A DNA stretch of 64,000 nucleotides, taken from positions 7,566,001 through 7,630,000 of the forward strand of contig CM059433.1 of NCBI GenBank assembly GCA_030390025.1, written 5' to 3'. The notes beneath the pieces were generated by a model, which had not been told where the DNA came from, searched no databases, and worked only from the letters and a program-made list of their open reading frames with translations. The translations under genes and the position numbers were made by a program. Below, one piece after another: positions 50,892 to 63,190 of the stretch (position 1 is its first letter; every line of letters starts with the position of its first letter). Source of the DNA: Squalus acanthias (lineage: Eukaryota).

Positions 50892-52649
50892 GGGGGAGAA
50901 ATTCGGCACTTTAGCATCCCCAGTTAGCGCCTGGTGGGGGCGCTAATGGGGCGCTCAGGCAGTAGCGCCGCGGCGGGGCGAATCCCGCGCCACACGGCAA
51001 ATTAGCCAGCCCTGTAACGCCGGCGATAACAGTTAGTGCCTTGGCACCTTTCGCCATGCAGATCGTGACGTCAGCGAGCGTGCAACGCTCGCTGGGCGCC
51101 TGATCTGTAAACTTCAGTAGCGCCCCCCGCCTTACTGCCTCGCGCCAACAGCGCCAGGGAGCGGAGGCGTGAACCAGCCGGCTGGCTGTTGGCGGGGCGC
51201 TACTTGAAGGGATGCGCCCCAGCTGTCAAGGAACTTCAGTTCCAAAGGTCAGTTATGAGTAGCTGAGAGCGCAGGATGTATCTCTTCTTAGGCAGTCCCT
51301 CGGAACCGAGGATGACTTGCTTCCACATTAAAAATGAGTTCTCAGGTGACTGAGTCCAATGCGGGACCTACAGTCTCTGTCAAAGGTGTGGCAGACAGTG
51401 GTTGAAGGGGCGAGTGGGTGGGGTGCTTAGGTTGACTTGCGCTTGGCTTCCGCTTGCTCCCGGTGAAGAGACTCCAGGTGTTCGGCGCCTTCCCGGATGC
51501 TTCTCCTCCACTTTATGCGGTCTTGGGCCAGGGATTCCCAGGTGTCGGTGGGGATGTTGCACTTTTTCAAGGAGGCTTTGAGGGTGTCCTTGAAGCGTTT
51601 CCTCTGCCCACTTGGGGCTCTCTTGCCGCGTCGGAGCTCCGAGTAGAGCGCTTGTTTTGGGAGTCTCGTAATGGGCATGCGGACGATGTGACCCGTCCAT
51701 CGGAGCTGATCGAGCGTGGTCAAAGCTTCGATGCTAGGGATGTTGGCCTGAGCGAGAACACTGACGTTGGTGCGCCTATCCTGCCAATGGATTTGCAGGA
51801 TCTTGCGTTGGTGGTACCTCTCCAGTGCTTTGAGGTGCCTCCTGTACATGGTCCATGTCTCTGAAGCATACAGGAGGGCAGGTATCACTACTGCTCTGTA
51901 GACCATGAGCTTGGTGCTGGGTGTGAGGTCCTGGTCTTCAAACACTCTCTTCCTCAGGTGACCGAAGGCTGCACTGGCACACTGAAGGCGGTGTTGGACT
52001 TCATCATCGACGTCTGCCCTTGTTGACAGTAGGCTCCCAAGGTATGGAAAGTGTCCACATTGTCCAAGGCCTTGTCATGGATTTTGATAATCGGGGGGCA
52101 GTACTGTGTGGCGGGGGCAGGTTGGTAGAGGACCTTTGTCTTATGGATGTTTAGTGTAAGGACCATGCTATCGTACGCTTCGGTGAAGGTGTTGACGATG
52201 GTTTGGAGTTCGACCTCCGAGTGAGCGCAGATGCAAGCGTCGTCTGCATACTGTAATTCGACGACAGAGGATGGGATGTAGCTGCAGCCAAAGAGGCTGC
52301 TTAGTCCCTGGAGTGTTGCAGGCTGTCAAAGGACTTTGCATTTCATCCCACAGCATATCACCGTTCTGCACTCCCCGAATCACTGGGGGCTGGTGTGCAG
52401 ACTCCAGTGACCCTCCCCTTTAATGGCTGGAAGGTGTCTTCGCCAATGCTCACTCCCGATTACACAACACCTCATATTCCTTATCGCTTGGAGCCTAATG
52501 CCACTCACCTACGCCATGAGCGCTCCCCTGCATTCTTTGAGCGCGGAGACTGAATTTAGCAGGCAGCGAGATTGATTAGTGCCTGGCGTTAAACTTCCAA
52601 CTTCTCAAAAGTTAGCACCCCAACCGGGGCGATACCGAAGTTCTAGCCC
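50892..52649. mobile_element. Harbinger deletion derivative related to 2332-6030, with nested RTE
   Basis: TIR GGGGGAGAAATTCGG / CCGAAGTTCTAGCCC; AGT TSD; arms similar to both ends of 2332-6030. Confidence 0.88.
51281..52273 (-). mobile_element. RTE-clade LINE, 5'-truncated
   Basis: LQYADD, TKLMVYRAVVIPALLYASETW, LRWTGHIVRM, RKRFKDTLK; GGATGTA TSD at 51274-51280 and 52274-52280. Confidence 0.94.
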
Positions 52650-52859
52650 AGTACTGCAGTATTTTTAGTCATTTGTAAAAGCGCCTGAAGGTAACAATGA
52701 CGTAATTTACTGTGTTTTAGTAAGCATGTTTTATTTTATCTGTCCAGTATTGTGTTTAGTGAATAAAGTATTGGTCCGAATTAAATTGAAATTATTGAAG
52801 TTAACTAACCTAATAAATTGTGGAAACCTGACTTACATTGCGGACACAGTGAAATTCTA

Positions 52860-54090
52860 GTTATTATTTTAAATTATGTGGAGGTTACCTGGTTTCACCC
52901 TCCCTCCCTTCTTCAATAACGAACTGACATTTGCAATATTCAATCCTAAGGCACAATTCCAAAATCTTAAGAGCTTTGGAAAATAGTTCATCTACAATTT
53001 CCTGATCCACCCTTTTCATATTTTTCCATGAATCCTGTGATCCCATGCCTATTCTGCACTCCTAAGTGCATTTAACTGCATATACCAATTGTCTGCCCAC
53101 TTCCATCTAAGACCCCTTGCAGCTTGTCCATATTTTCTATTGAATTAATCACCATTGCTATTTTGGTATCATCCACAAATGTCGAAATGAAGCCTCCAAT
53201 GCGCTCTTCCAGATCATTTAGGCTACTATTGAAGGATGCTGGTCCCAACAACTAGCCCTGTGGGTTCCCCACTCATCATACCCCTCCTTTCAGAATACTT
53301 CTCATTCCCCCAAACATCTTGTTTCCCATCGACCAGTCACAATTCAATCCAACTCAGCACACTGCTGCCAATACCATGGCCTGGAGCTGTTCCCACTCCG
53401 CCGCTGTAACTTCTCCGGCTGTGCGGCAGGAAATTTACTTGCATAAACAGGGTTTCCACTGCATTTCTGGTGACGCTATGGTGGCGGAGTGAGAGCAGAT
53501 CGAAGCACATTCTGGGCCCAAGTCTGCTAATTTTCTGAACCAGTTTTCGATGAAGCACATTACACAAGCTCTACTAGAATCAAATGTGTCACATCTAAAA
53601 TCTCGACTTTATCTACATCTTTTGTCAGTTTTTCAAGTAATTCAATTAAATTGCTCTGACGTGACTTCCCTTTTGTAAATCCGATTCGTTTATATCTCCC
53701 TAACGTGTTCCTCTACCTTTCCCTTGATGATTGATTCTAGAATTATCCATTGTACTGATGTGAGACTGACTGGTCTATACTTACCCTGATCTGCCAAATC
53801 TGTTTTTAAATAAGGGCACAACATTTACCATTCTCCAGTACTAACCGTTAGCTAACAAATGCCAATGATTCTGTTAGCACATCCCCTGAGAACCTTCGCA
53901 TGAATCCCATTCAGCTTAAGTGGGTTATTTACTTGGATTTTACTCAATTATCCATCCAGCTACTTAGTAGTTACGCTAATTTTATTAGAGCCCTGAATCT
54001 GATTAACTTGGAACATCCATTTTGCTACTATTCCATGCTGTCCCTTTCCTCTTGTAAATAATGAAGTAAAAAACTCGTTAATTTTTTTGG
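52860..54090 (-). mobile_element. Ancient, highly decayed CR1 fragments
   Basis: YRPVSLTSV-like DNA at 53750-53785; GLVVGTS/FVDDTK-like DNA at 53160-53270. Confidence 0.65.
53378..53518. mobile_element. Mini MITE (about 140 bp)
   Basis: GGCCTGGA..CACTCCGCC / GGCGGAGTG..TCTGGGCC inverted motifs; flanks CAT/CAA. Confidence 0.45.
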
Positions 54091-54187
54091 CTATGTTCAC
54101 ACCATTCCAAAATAAAAGGGACTGATACACGAGAGATACGTTACACAGAGTCTAGTGAGTAACACTGAGGCAGCAATAAAAATTAAT

Positions 54188-54596
54188 TTAACATTCGCGC
54201 CACACAAGTGCCAGGCAATGACTATCTCCAACAAGCGAAAGTCTAACCATTGCCCCTTGACATTCAATGGCATTACCATCATCGAAAGCCTCACTATCAA
54301 CATCCTGGGGACGAACATTGACCTGAAACTTAACTGGACCAGCCACATAAATACTCTGGCTACAAGAGCAGGTCAGAGGTTAGGTATTCAGCGGCGAGTG
54401 TCTCACCTTCTGACTCCTCAAAGCCTTTCCACCATCTACAAGGTACAAGTCAGGAGTGTGATGGAATACTCTCTTGCCTGGATGAGTGCAGCTCCAACAA
54501 CACTCAAGAAGCTCGACAGCATCCAGGACAAAGCAGTCCGCTTGATCGGCACCTCATCCACCACCTTAAACATTCACTCTCTCCACCACCGGCGCA
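54188..54596 (+). mobile_element. CR1-group second-lineage fragment
   Basis: TFAPHKCQAMTISNKR..LHHRR, matches 19170-19555. Confidence 0.92.
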
Positions 54597-54597
54597 T

Positions 54598-54727
54598 CCT
54601 TCCTTCTGCTTCCTGCTCTTCTGCTTCTTCCTTTTCTGCGTCTTCCTCTTCTGGGTCTTCCTCTTCTGCGTCTTCCTCTTCTGGGTCTTCCTCTTCTGGG
54701 TCTTCCTCTTCTGGGTCTTCCTCTTCC
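54598..54727 (+). repeat. Pyrimidine-rich 15-bp tandem repeat (TCTTCCTCTTCTGSG)n
   Basis: About 8 units, degenerate at the left end. Confidence 0.9.
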
Positions 54728-54754
54728 CTCTATGAGCAGATGTTGTAAAACTGA

Positions 54755-54882
54755 AACAAAAGCATAAAATGCTGGAAATACTCAGCAGGTCAGGCAGCAT
54801 CTCGACCTGAGACGTGAACTCTGTTTCTCTCTCGACGGATGTTGCCTGACCCGCTGAGTATTTGCAGCATTTTCTGTCTTCT
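54755..54882. mobile_element. Penelope-like tails in inverted arrangement
   Basis: 36-bp imperfect arms 54766-54801 and 54838-54873. Confidence 0.65.
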
Positions 54883-54889
54883 CAGAGGC

Positions 54890-55368
54890 CTTCCTTTACC
54901 ATTCGAGGCCTTGCAAGCATCCAGTAGCACTCCCTGCACACTTAAAAAAAAAACTTTTAAACATGTATTGCAGCAAGCCACTACTTCAATAAAAAATTTT
55001 AAAAATCCAGTCCAAAAGCTTAAATGCAAACTTACCTGAAAGATGTGTGTGATCCCTTTAAGAGGTGCTGACAGCGCCTCCGTCAGTCTGCTGATCGCTG
55101 GGTTTTTATGCCGATCTTAGGATCCAGCGCTGAACTCAGCGCAAAGGTCCAAGTTCGCTGAGGTGACGTTAAGTTAGCGTGCGACAGCGCCCTCTCCCTA
55201 ATTTACATTTGCAGGGCCATCGCTTTTACCGGCAGCGCTGCCAGCCCATGGAAAATGGCGGATGCTGCAGGAGCCGACATCAGCTGGCAGAAGAGCGGCG
55301 GCCGGCCACCGTTTTTTCACAAAATTATGCCGGTAACAGGCGGCGTAAAACACTCGAATTTTTAGCCC
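54890..55368. mobile_element. Harbinger-type MITE right portion
   Basis: Ends in CGAATTTTTAGCCCC; CpG-rich subterminal region. Confidence 0.6.
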
Positions 55369-55834
55369 CATAATTCGTAAATGGATTAACCAACAAGGTA
55401 AAAGCTGATAAAGAGGAAAAGCAGACTGTGGAAATCCTGCACGGAGAAATGAGACGCGGCTCATTGGAATGAATACAAGAAATGCAGAAACACATTAAAA
55501 TGCTGATCAGAGGAACAAAGAGAGGCCTCGGAAAAGCAGAACGGTAAAATATTCTCTCCGTACCAAGAGGGCAATCAGAAAAGATGTAAAAACCAAGCAG
55601 GCTCAAAACTGGGGCTAAGCACAAAGAGTAAATATTCTGCTTGACGACTTCCTCCAAGTATTCAAAAGGGAAGACGGATGGGGGTTGATATCCAAAAAAT
55701 AGATGGAGGGTAATGATCTTTGCCTGTTCCTAAAAAAAACTTACGTACTTCAAGAAATGCTCCCAGTCTGATCACAAAATTATCATAATTAATTGTTTTC
55801 CTAAAAAAAGGTTGGAGATCCATCATTGTATAGC

Positions 55835-56068
55835 TGGCCAATATTTATCCTGGGGCCAATATTTATCCCTCAACCAACATAACAAAAACAGATTATCTGG
55901 GTCATTATCACATTGCTGTTTGTGGGAGCTTGCTGTGCGCAAATTGGCTGCTGCGTTTCCCACATTACAACAGTGACTTCACTTCAAAAGAGTACTTCAT
56001 TGGCTGTAAAGCACTTTGAGACGTCCGGTGGTCGTGAAAGGCGCGATAGAAATGCAAGTCTTTCTTTT
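55835..56068 (+). mobile_element. Deu-domain SINE 3' half
   Basis: Matches 44763-44970. Confidence 0.88.
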
Positions 56069-57279
56069 AGCGGCCACATCCAATTTCTGTTATTAACATC
56101 TTCTGTAAAATTTTAGCTCAAGTGGGTGGGTCCTCATTAAATATTCCGTCAGGCAGAAAGGGGTGAAGGAGCGTTCAACCTGGTACCCACTTCAGCATGT
56201 TCAAAAATGTAAATAACAAATATCACATTTAAAGAACGTCCTTTTTAGTCACGAAGGCGCATGACCACGGACATTGTCGCCTGACGTATACTCCCGCATT
56301 CCATTTTCTGTCCGAAAAAAAATCATGGAAAATGACAAATTGCGCTGAAACGTGTATGTCACGACAAGATCCCAGGTCATCTGCGAATATGAGCGAGATT
56401 TTATTGCGCGCGCCACAGATTCCCAGCACATTCAAAAATTGCAATCCTTTTCTAATTACTGAATAGAGATGGGTTTTGTGGAGATGCACATGTCAACATG
56501 AGTGCCATCTATTACTCCCCAGTGCCTGTGAAAGCAAACCATGGCATTATAATTCAAATGAGTTTTCTGTTCCTGCTCCCTTGTTTCATTAAAACAGAAA
56601 CACTTAGCTGCATTTTAAGGAAACCAGCTGTGTGTGCGGCTTTGATATGCTGGAATGTCTGAGGCATCTGACAACACTTAACGGCACTTCAAATATATCA
56701 AAAAGCATGAAAGGCAAAACAGCCACCAACTCCCCCCCCATTATTTTCTCTCTCCTATCTTGAAGGCTCCGACTTGAAGCTGGAGTGCACTTTCCACGGG
56801 CATCGAGTGCCCCTCCAGTACCTCACCCAAGTGGTCATTAATTATGCACCAGCCTCGATAGTGAGTGTCAGTCAGTACAGTCAGTCCTTGAGGTATCATA
56901 GCCAAGCCCAATGCTGTCCTCACCTGACGTGCACTGTCCCACAGGAATCAATGACTAATTTTCCCATCCCTCGACCAGGGATTTAAGAGGCCGAATGTAT
57001 TGCTTATATTGTTACCCCAGCTGAGATCAGTTAACTCCTTACAGACTAGGATTTGAACCAGTATTTGCACTTTTACTATTTATCTCTGCTGTTTGATTCA
57101 CTGCCATTTCTCTGTCTAGCTTGAAGGAATTCCAATCCTCTCTTCAGCACTATTTAGCTTGTTTCTTTTGTTCTATTAACTAACAATGTTGTATTTTTCC
57201 CTTTCTGTTTGTGGCTGTGAATTAGCCAAAACCTGTTTTCACAGGGACAGGAATTTCACTCTTCCTTTGTCATGTCAAC

Positions 57280-57808
57280 TTTTTTTTTTATTCGCTTATG
57301 GGATCTGGGCGTCGCTGGCAAGGCCAGCATTTATTGCCCATCCTAGTTGTCCTTGAGAAGGTGGTGGTGAGCCGCCTTCTTGAACTGCTGCAGTCCGTGC
57401 GGTGAAGGTGCTCCCACAGTGCTGTTAGGGAGGGAGTTCCAGGATTTTGACCCAGCGACGATGAAGGATCGGCGATATACTTCCAAGTCAGGATGGTGTG
57501 TGACTTGGAGGGGAACTTGGAGGTGGTGGTGTTCCCATGCGTCTGCTGCCCTTGTCCTTCTAGGTGGAAGAGTTCGCGGGTTTGGGAGGTGCTGCCGAAG
57601 AAGCCTTGGCGAGTTGCTGCAGTGCATCTTGTAGATGGTACACACTGCAGCCACGGCATGCCGGTGGTGGAGGGAGTGAATGTTTAAGGTGGTGGATGGG
57701 GTGCCAATCAAGTGGGCTGCTTTGTCCTGGATGGTGTCGAGCTTCTTGAGTGTTGTTGGAGCTGCACTCATCCAGGCAAGTGGAGAGCATTCCATCACAC
57801 TCCTGATG
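57280..57808 (-). mobile_element. CR1-group second-lineage 3' fragment
   Basis: RSVMECSPLAWMSAAPTTLKKLD..FKKAAHHHL; 3' UTR. Confidence 0.93.
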
Positions 57809-57920
57809 TGCGATATCTCTGTGAAATTCAATGTTTCTCTGATAACTGCTCCCTTCTCTCCATGCAATCCACCCACTCTATTGTGTTGTCATACGCATTT
57901 TTATTGACTTCTCTCTCCAG

Positions 57921-58122
57921 AACCTCCAAGTTCCCCTCCAAGTCACACACCATCCTGACTTAGAAGTATATCGCCGATCCTTCATCGTCGCTGGGTCAAA
58001 ATCCTGGAACTCCCTACCTAACAGCACTGTGGGAGTACCTTCACCACACGGACTGGAGCGGTTCAAGAAGGCGGCTCACCACCACCTCCTCAAGGGCAAC
58101 TCGGGATGGGCAATAAATGGCC
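57921..58122 (+). mobile_element. CR1-group second-lineage short 3' fragment
   Basis: Reverse complement of 57325-57525. Confidence 0.9.
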
Positions 58123-58535
58123 CAGTCTCCATGGTAGCTACTGTGGGCATCTTCTTTCATGTCATCCGTCAAGTTCAAAAATAGCATGGGCAGACAATTC
58201 TGATCAGGGGTTTCCACCCAAAACAACCTGGCCTAGAAATTGGTTTGTGCGGGGATTGCGATGCGCTAGCAACCCACGCCCATTCGGAGGACTGCAGGCA
58301 GCACGCGAAATTTGTGCTGCCTGCTCATTTGCATGAACGTGGCGTTCAGCCCAGTGCTGAACGCGCTGCCAAGTGGCTGAACGCTCAGCAGGGGGCCCAA
58401 GTTGGTGCGAGGCTCGCACCAATTAAAGTTAGCCTGCACTACTTAAAGGTAGTCTGCACCTCTGATAGGGGAGGTGCATTCTGCCTGCAGACCATCATGC
58501 AACTGGCTGAGGAAGACAGTGCAAAAACTCAAATC

Positions 58536-58676
58536 ATGATGGCACAACAGGGGAGAGAACGTGCACCAAGGTTCTCCGATGCGGCACTGGAAACCTTGGC
58601 AGCACTTCGTAGAAGCACTAGGACAGGCAAAGGCATACTGAAGACAGGCACGAAGGGAATACACAAGGGTGATTAG
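58536..58676 (+). pseudogene. Harbinger Myb gene collapsed by internal deletion
   Basis: MMAQQGRERAPRFSDAALETL fused to LRRSTRTGKG..KTGTKGIHKGD* (the C-terminus of ORF 9882-10448). Confidence 0.85.
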
Positions 58677-58730
58677 TTGATTTTGTTAGGTTATATTGGA
58701 TGGATTGATGGATAAAGTTGTATTGGAATG

Positions 58731-59625
58731 TTCATAGATTCATAGAAGATAGGAGCAGGAGTAGGCCATTCGGCCCCTCGAGCCTGCTCCGCCATTCGAT
58801 GAGATCATGGCTGATCATCTAAACTCAGTACCCTGTACCTGCCTTCTCCCCATATCCCTTGATACCTTTAGCTTTAAGAAATATATCTAACTCATCCTTG
58901 AATATATTTAATGACTTCGCCTCAACTACCTTCTGTGGTAGAGAATTCCACAGGTTCACCACTCTCTGGGTGAAGAAATTCTTCCTCATTTCTGTCCTAA
59001 ATGGTTTACCCGTTATCCGTAGATTATGACCCCTGGTTCTGGACTCTCCAACCATCGGGAACATTCTTCCTGCATCTAGTTTGTCCAGACCTGTCAGAAT
59101 TTTATATGTTTCGATGAGATCCCCTCTCATTCTTCTATACTCCAGTGAGTATAAGCCCAATCGACCCAATCTCTCCTCATATGTCATTCCTGCCATCCCA
59201 GGTATCAGCCTTGTGAATCTTCGCTGAACTCCTTCCATGGCAAGAACATCCTTCCTCAGATAAGGCGACCAAAACTGCACACAGTACTCAAGGTGTGGTC
59301 TCACCAAGGCCCTGTACAACTGCAGCAGGACATCCCTGTTCCTATACTCAAACCCTTTCGCTATGAAGGCCAACATACCATTTGCCTTCTTCACCGCCTG
59401 CTGCACCTGCATGCTTACTTTCAGCGACTGGTGCACAAGGACACCCAGGTCTCGTTGCACTTCCCCTTCTCCCAATCTATTGCCATTCAGATAATAGTCT
59501 GCCTTTCTGTTTTTGACACCAAAGTGGATAACCTCGCACTTATCCACGTTATATTGCATCTGCCATGCTTCTGCCCAATCACCCAACCTGTCCAGATCAT
59601 CCTGGAGTTTCTCGCTATCCTCCTC
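58731..59625 (-). mobile_element. Young CR1 3' fragment
   Basis: Open ORF 58825-59586; 3' UTR. Confidence 0.96.
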
Positions 59626-59729
59626 GCTGCTTTTATTTCAGCATTGTGGCCATGAGGATGCAGTGATGGTTAGTAACAGAGGGAAGGTCAGGTGTGGGAC
59701 TATTGTGGATTGGGGAATTGGGGTTGCGT

Positions 59730-60856
59730 TCACTCGTACCGCAGTCGGATGAGTGGATCGCGGACAGCCAGGGCAGAAAGGGGCTGTCTGGTTTGCCTCC
59801 TCCCTTCCATTTCATTCTTTCATCCGCCTCCTCCTCCTCAGCTGGTCGCCGTATGCCTGGTGGCAAGGGCTGTACCCACATGATGCCGAGGGTGTGGAGC
59901 ATGCAGCAGATCACAACGAATCTTGAGATGCGTTCTGGTGAGTACTGCAGGGCTTATCCAGAGCGGCCCAGGCAGCGGGTGTAAGGACGCCAATGGTCTG
60001 CTCTATCAGATTTCTTGTAGCAGCATGACTCTCATTGTACGAATGCTGTCCACGTGTGGTTGGGTTGTGGAGCGGAGTCATGAGCCAGGTGGTCAGCGAT
60101 AGCCCTTGTTTCCCAGTGGCCACCCTCTGGTTTGTCGTGGGAGATCAAAGACTGAAGGAACAGCGAACTGGCGCAGAATAAAAGCATCATGACTGCTGCC
60201 AGGATACCGGGCATTCAGCATCATGATGTGCTGAGCATGGTCGCACACCAACTGCACATTCAGCGAGTGGTAACCTTTGTGGTTGCGGTATGTCTCAGCA
60301 TTTAGATACGGTGCACGCAAAGCCACGTGAGTGCAGTCGATGGCGTCCTGCACGATGGGGAAGCCTGCTTTCCTGGCAAAGCCACATGCACGGTCTGCCT
60401 GCTTCTCTCTGGTCAGAGAGAAGACAATGAAGTCCCCTCTCCTGGCATAAAGAGCGTCTGTCACCACTCTTATGCAGCAGTGGATGGCAAACTGGGAGAT
60501 GTTACAGGTGTCGCCTGCTCCAACCTGGAAGGATCCCGACGCAAAGAAATTCAGGGCCACGGTCACCTTCACAGCCACTGGCAGTGCTGTCCTTGCCCTG
60601 GTGTGAGGCTGCAGGTCTGGTTCCAAGAGGTTGGCAGAGTTCTGTGAGCACCTCCTTCATGAAGCGCAGACGCCTCACACACTGCTCCTGGCTCAGGTTA
60701 AGGTAAGAGAAGTGCTCTCGGAAGACCCTAGGTGGGTAAGGCCTCCTGCTGAGAGCCCTTCTCCCCTCCGTCTCCTCCCTCTGCGAGCAGCTTGTCGTCT
60801 TCTTCATCTCCCTGTCATGCTGCAGGCCAAGGGGGGGTGACAACTAGAGCATACAT
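59730..60856 (-). pseudogene. Harbinger transposase, frameshifted
   Basis: AIDCTHV, KGYHSLNVQLVCD, SSHDAFIL, GNKGY, YNESHAATRNLIEQTIG. Confidence 0.93.
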
Positions 60857-61514
60857 GACTGGAAGCAAGTTGTCTGACCAGAACCCTTGAAGTCAGAAGC
60901 AAGACCTTCTCCACTTGCGGCACCACTCCCTGTCACTTGACCAACTTGAAACAACTCTAGAAAGCTGGAAACACTTCCACAAACTTCCACAGAGCCAGTA
61001 GAAATTAATTAGCAACTGGCTTGAGAGTGGTTGCTGACCTTTTAAATATCGCTGGTTGGGGGTCCTTGCAGCTGCTGAACGCATGATCAGCTGTGTGAGG
61101 TTAAGACAGGGCGTTAGCTCCAGCATTGAGGATGAAAATGGCAGCGCCGACATCAAATCAGTGATGCACACTGATTGACGTCACGATCTGCCCACTCTAC
61201 ATACTTCTGGCGCACCCGCCCAGCGCCGACGCTACCGCCCTCACCAAGATGGCGTCCGGCGCAGCCCGTACAAGAATTGTGTGTGTGCGGCTTTTCGACC
61301 CATGCGGCACCCTTAGCGCCCAAACAACGAGCACTACGCAATCGAATTTCTCAGTCCCTACCTTTAATTATTTCAGGTGCTGATGTGATTGCTGTGTAAT
61401 TTCAGCATTTTCTCCTTTTGTATTGAACTTGGGACACTCTAGTCTGTATGCCTAAGTTGCGCACTGGCCTTACCAATGGTTGTGTGCCACAGTTACCATC
61501 TTCAGTGGTTTTAT

Positions 61515-62008
61515 CTAGAATCCTGCCACCTGCATCCTAACCCATATTAAATTCTAACTCATCTATCGCTCCCCTCCTCAGGTGACGGCTACTGGTTCCG
61601 CATCCCCCATGCGTGGTCCTTGTCCTCTTTAACAAATCCCTCCATGGTCTCGCTTCAATCTATCTCTGCAATCCCCTCCAGTCCTACCTCCCAGCTCACA
61701 CTCTCAACTCTTCTGCGTCAGGACTACTGTTCATCTGTCCCTCCCTCCTCCCTACCATTGGTGGCAGGGCCGTCACTCGTCGCAACCTTGTTCTCTGGAA
61801 TTCTTTCCAAAAACCCGCTCCACCTTATCTTCATCTCTCCATATCTTCAAAAGCCTCCTCAAAACCTACCACTTCAACATCACGTTCAATCAGCTCTCCT
61901 AATTTCTGTTCAGTGTCTGAATTCCTCCAACTCCCCCACCTTTCCTTCAGTGGAGTATCTTTAGACATTCCGCTATGTCAGAGGTGCTACATAATTATAA
62001 GTTATTAG
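61515..62008 (+). mobile_element. Old L2 3' fragment
   Basis: LFNKSLHGLASIYL..TIGGRA..LWNS. Confidence 0.8.
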
Positions 62009-62269
62009 CAAGGATATACTTACTGCAGAATCTGGTTTAAAGATCAAGGCATAGTAAATTACTGATAATGGCAAAAAAAATCACTATTTACACTGGCTGT
62101 TTGCCTGGACAATGAAACTTAAATCAGATAAACAGTACACTCACAGGAGGGTTAAATCCTCCTAAAAGTTCTCTATTTATCCCTCCTTTTATAATTCCAG
62201 AAATAAAGCTCTGCATTATTCATTTTTATATAGATTTTTAATATAGATTTCACTCCAATTTTCATTTCT

Positions 62270-62648
62270 AAGCTGCTGACTCCTGTTGGGGTGTGGTTCA
62301 ATGAACATCGACAGCCCGCCAGTATCTAATTCATGTCCATTTTTTGTGTTTGAACAAAGATGCTGAGTGTTGACTGGCTTTTCGACCATGGGAGGCATTA
62401 CAGCTGAGCCAGTCCTGTTCTCACTCAATGTCCACATACATGCACTTTTTAGAAGGGGAATCAGTGGATGGTGATCAGGAGTGGGAATTCTGGCTGATTC
62501 TCCCTCCCAGCCCAGAGGTACGGAGGACTCTTGTACTGCCCTAGATAAGCCAATGGAACTCAGTCCAGGGACCAAATCTGGGGTCTTTCCAGTCTGCATC
62601 GATCTGTGTCTCACACCAGGCAGTACCTTTACTCACAAAGCCATCAGC
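62270..62648 (-). mobile_element. Old tRNA-derived SINE (related pieces at about 56790-57075 and 43085-43186/44258-44345)
   Basis: Mutual similarity among copies; decayed tRNA-like head; family not named with certainty. Confidence 0.55.
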
Positions 62649-62679
62649 AAAGCTACACTTTGTAGACAGTTAGGGGAGG

Positions 62680-63190
62680 GGGGGAGAAATTGGGTACTTT
62701 TGTGCCTCCAGTTATCGCCTCTGGGGGGCGATAACGGGGCGCTAACCACTTAGCGCCCGGGCGCGGCGAGAAGATCACCTCCCGCGATATTCGGCAGGAG
62801 GTTTGCGGTGGCGGTACGGCACTGTGCCCTGATATCCTTCACCCGGAGATCGTGGCGTCATCGCCGTGCGCATCGCCCCCGGACCCCAACTTCGGTTCCG
62901 CCCCCTGCAGCATCGCCGGGCGGAAACACCGGCAGCAGCAGGAGGCGTCCATCGGGAGGCCGGGCGCTTCGGGGGCGATACTTAAAGGCGAGGTGGCCGA
63001 GGTAGGGAAAAAAAGAATCAAATGCTCGTTTTCTGTGTTTTTTTCCCTTCTTTCCCCAGCGATCGATCAGCCCGGCTCTCTGCTGCAGTGCATCGGGCTG
63101 ATCGAGCCGGATCGCGGCTGCCGTCGGGGACCAGGTAAGTTTTCCCCCTTGCAGAGCCTGCAGCGATGGCCCTTCCCTTTAAGGGAGGGA
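62680..63190. mobile_element. Harbinger-type left arm interrupted by CR1
   Basis: GGGGGAGAAATTGGG end; similar to 50892-51210. Confidence 0.8.

Larger units (their letters stand above)
58230..61356. mobile_element. PIF/Harbinger transposon, same family as 6782-11150, opposite orientation
   Basis: Ends GGCCTAGAAATTGG / CGAATTTCTCAGTC; CCT TSD at 58227-58229 and 61357-61359. Confidence 0.85.
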
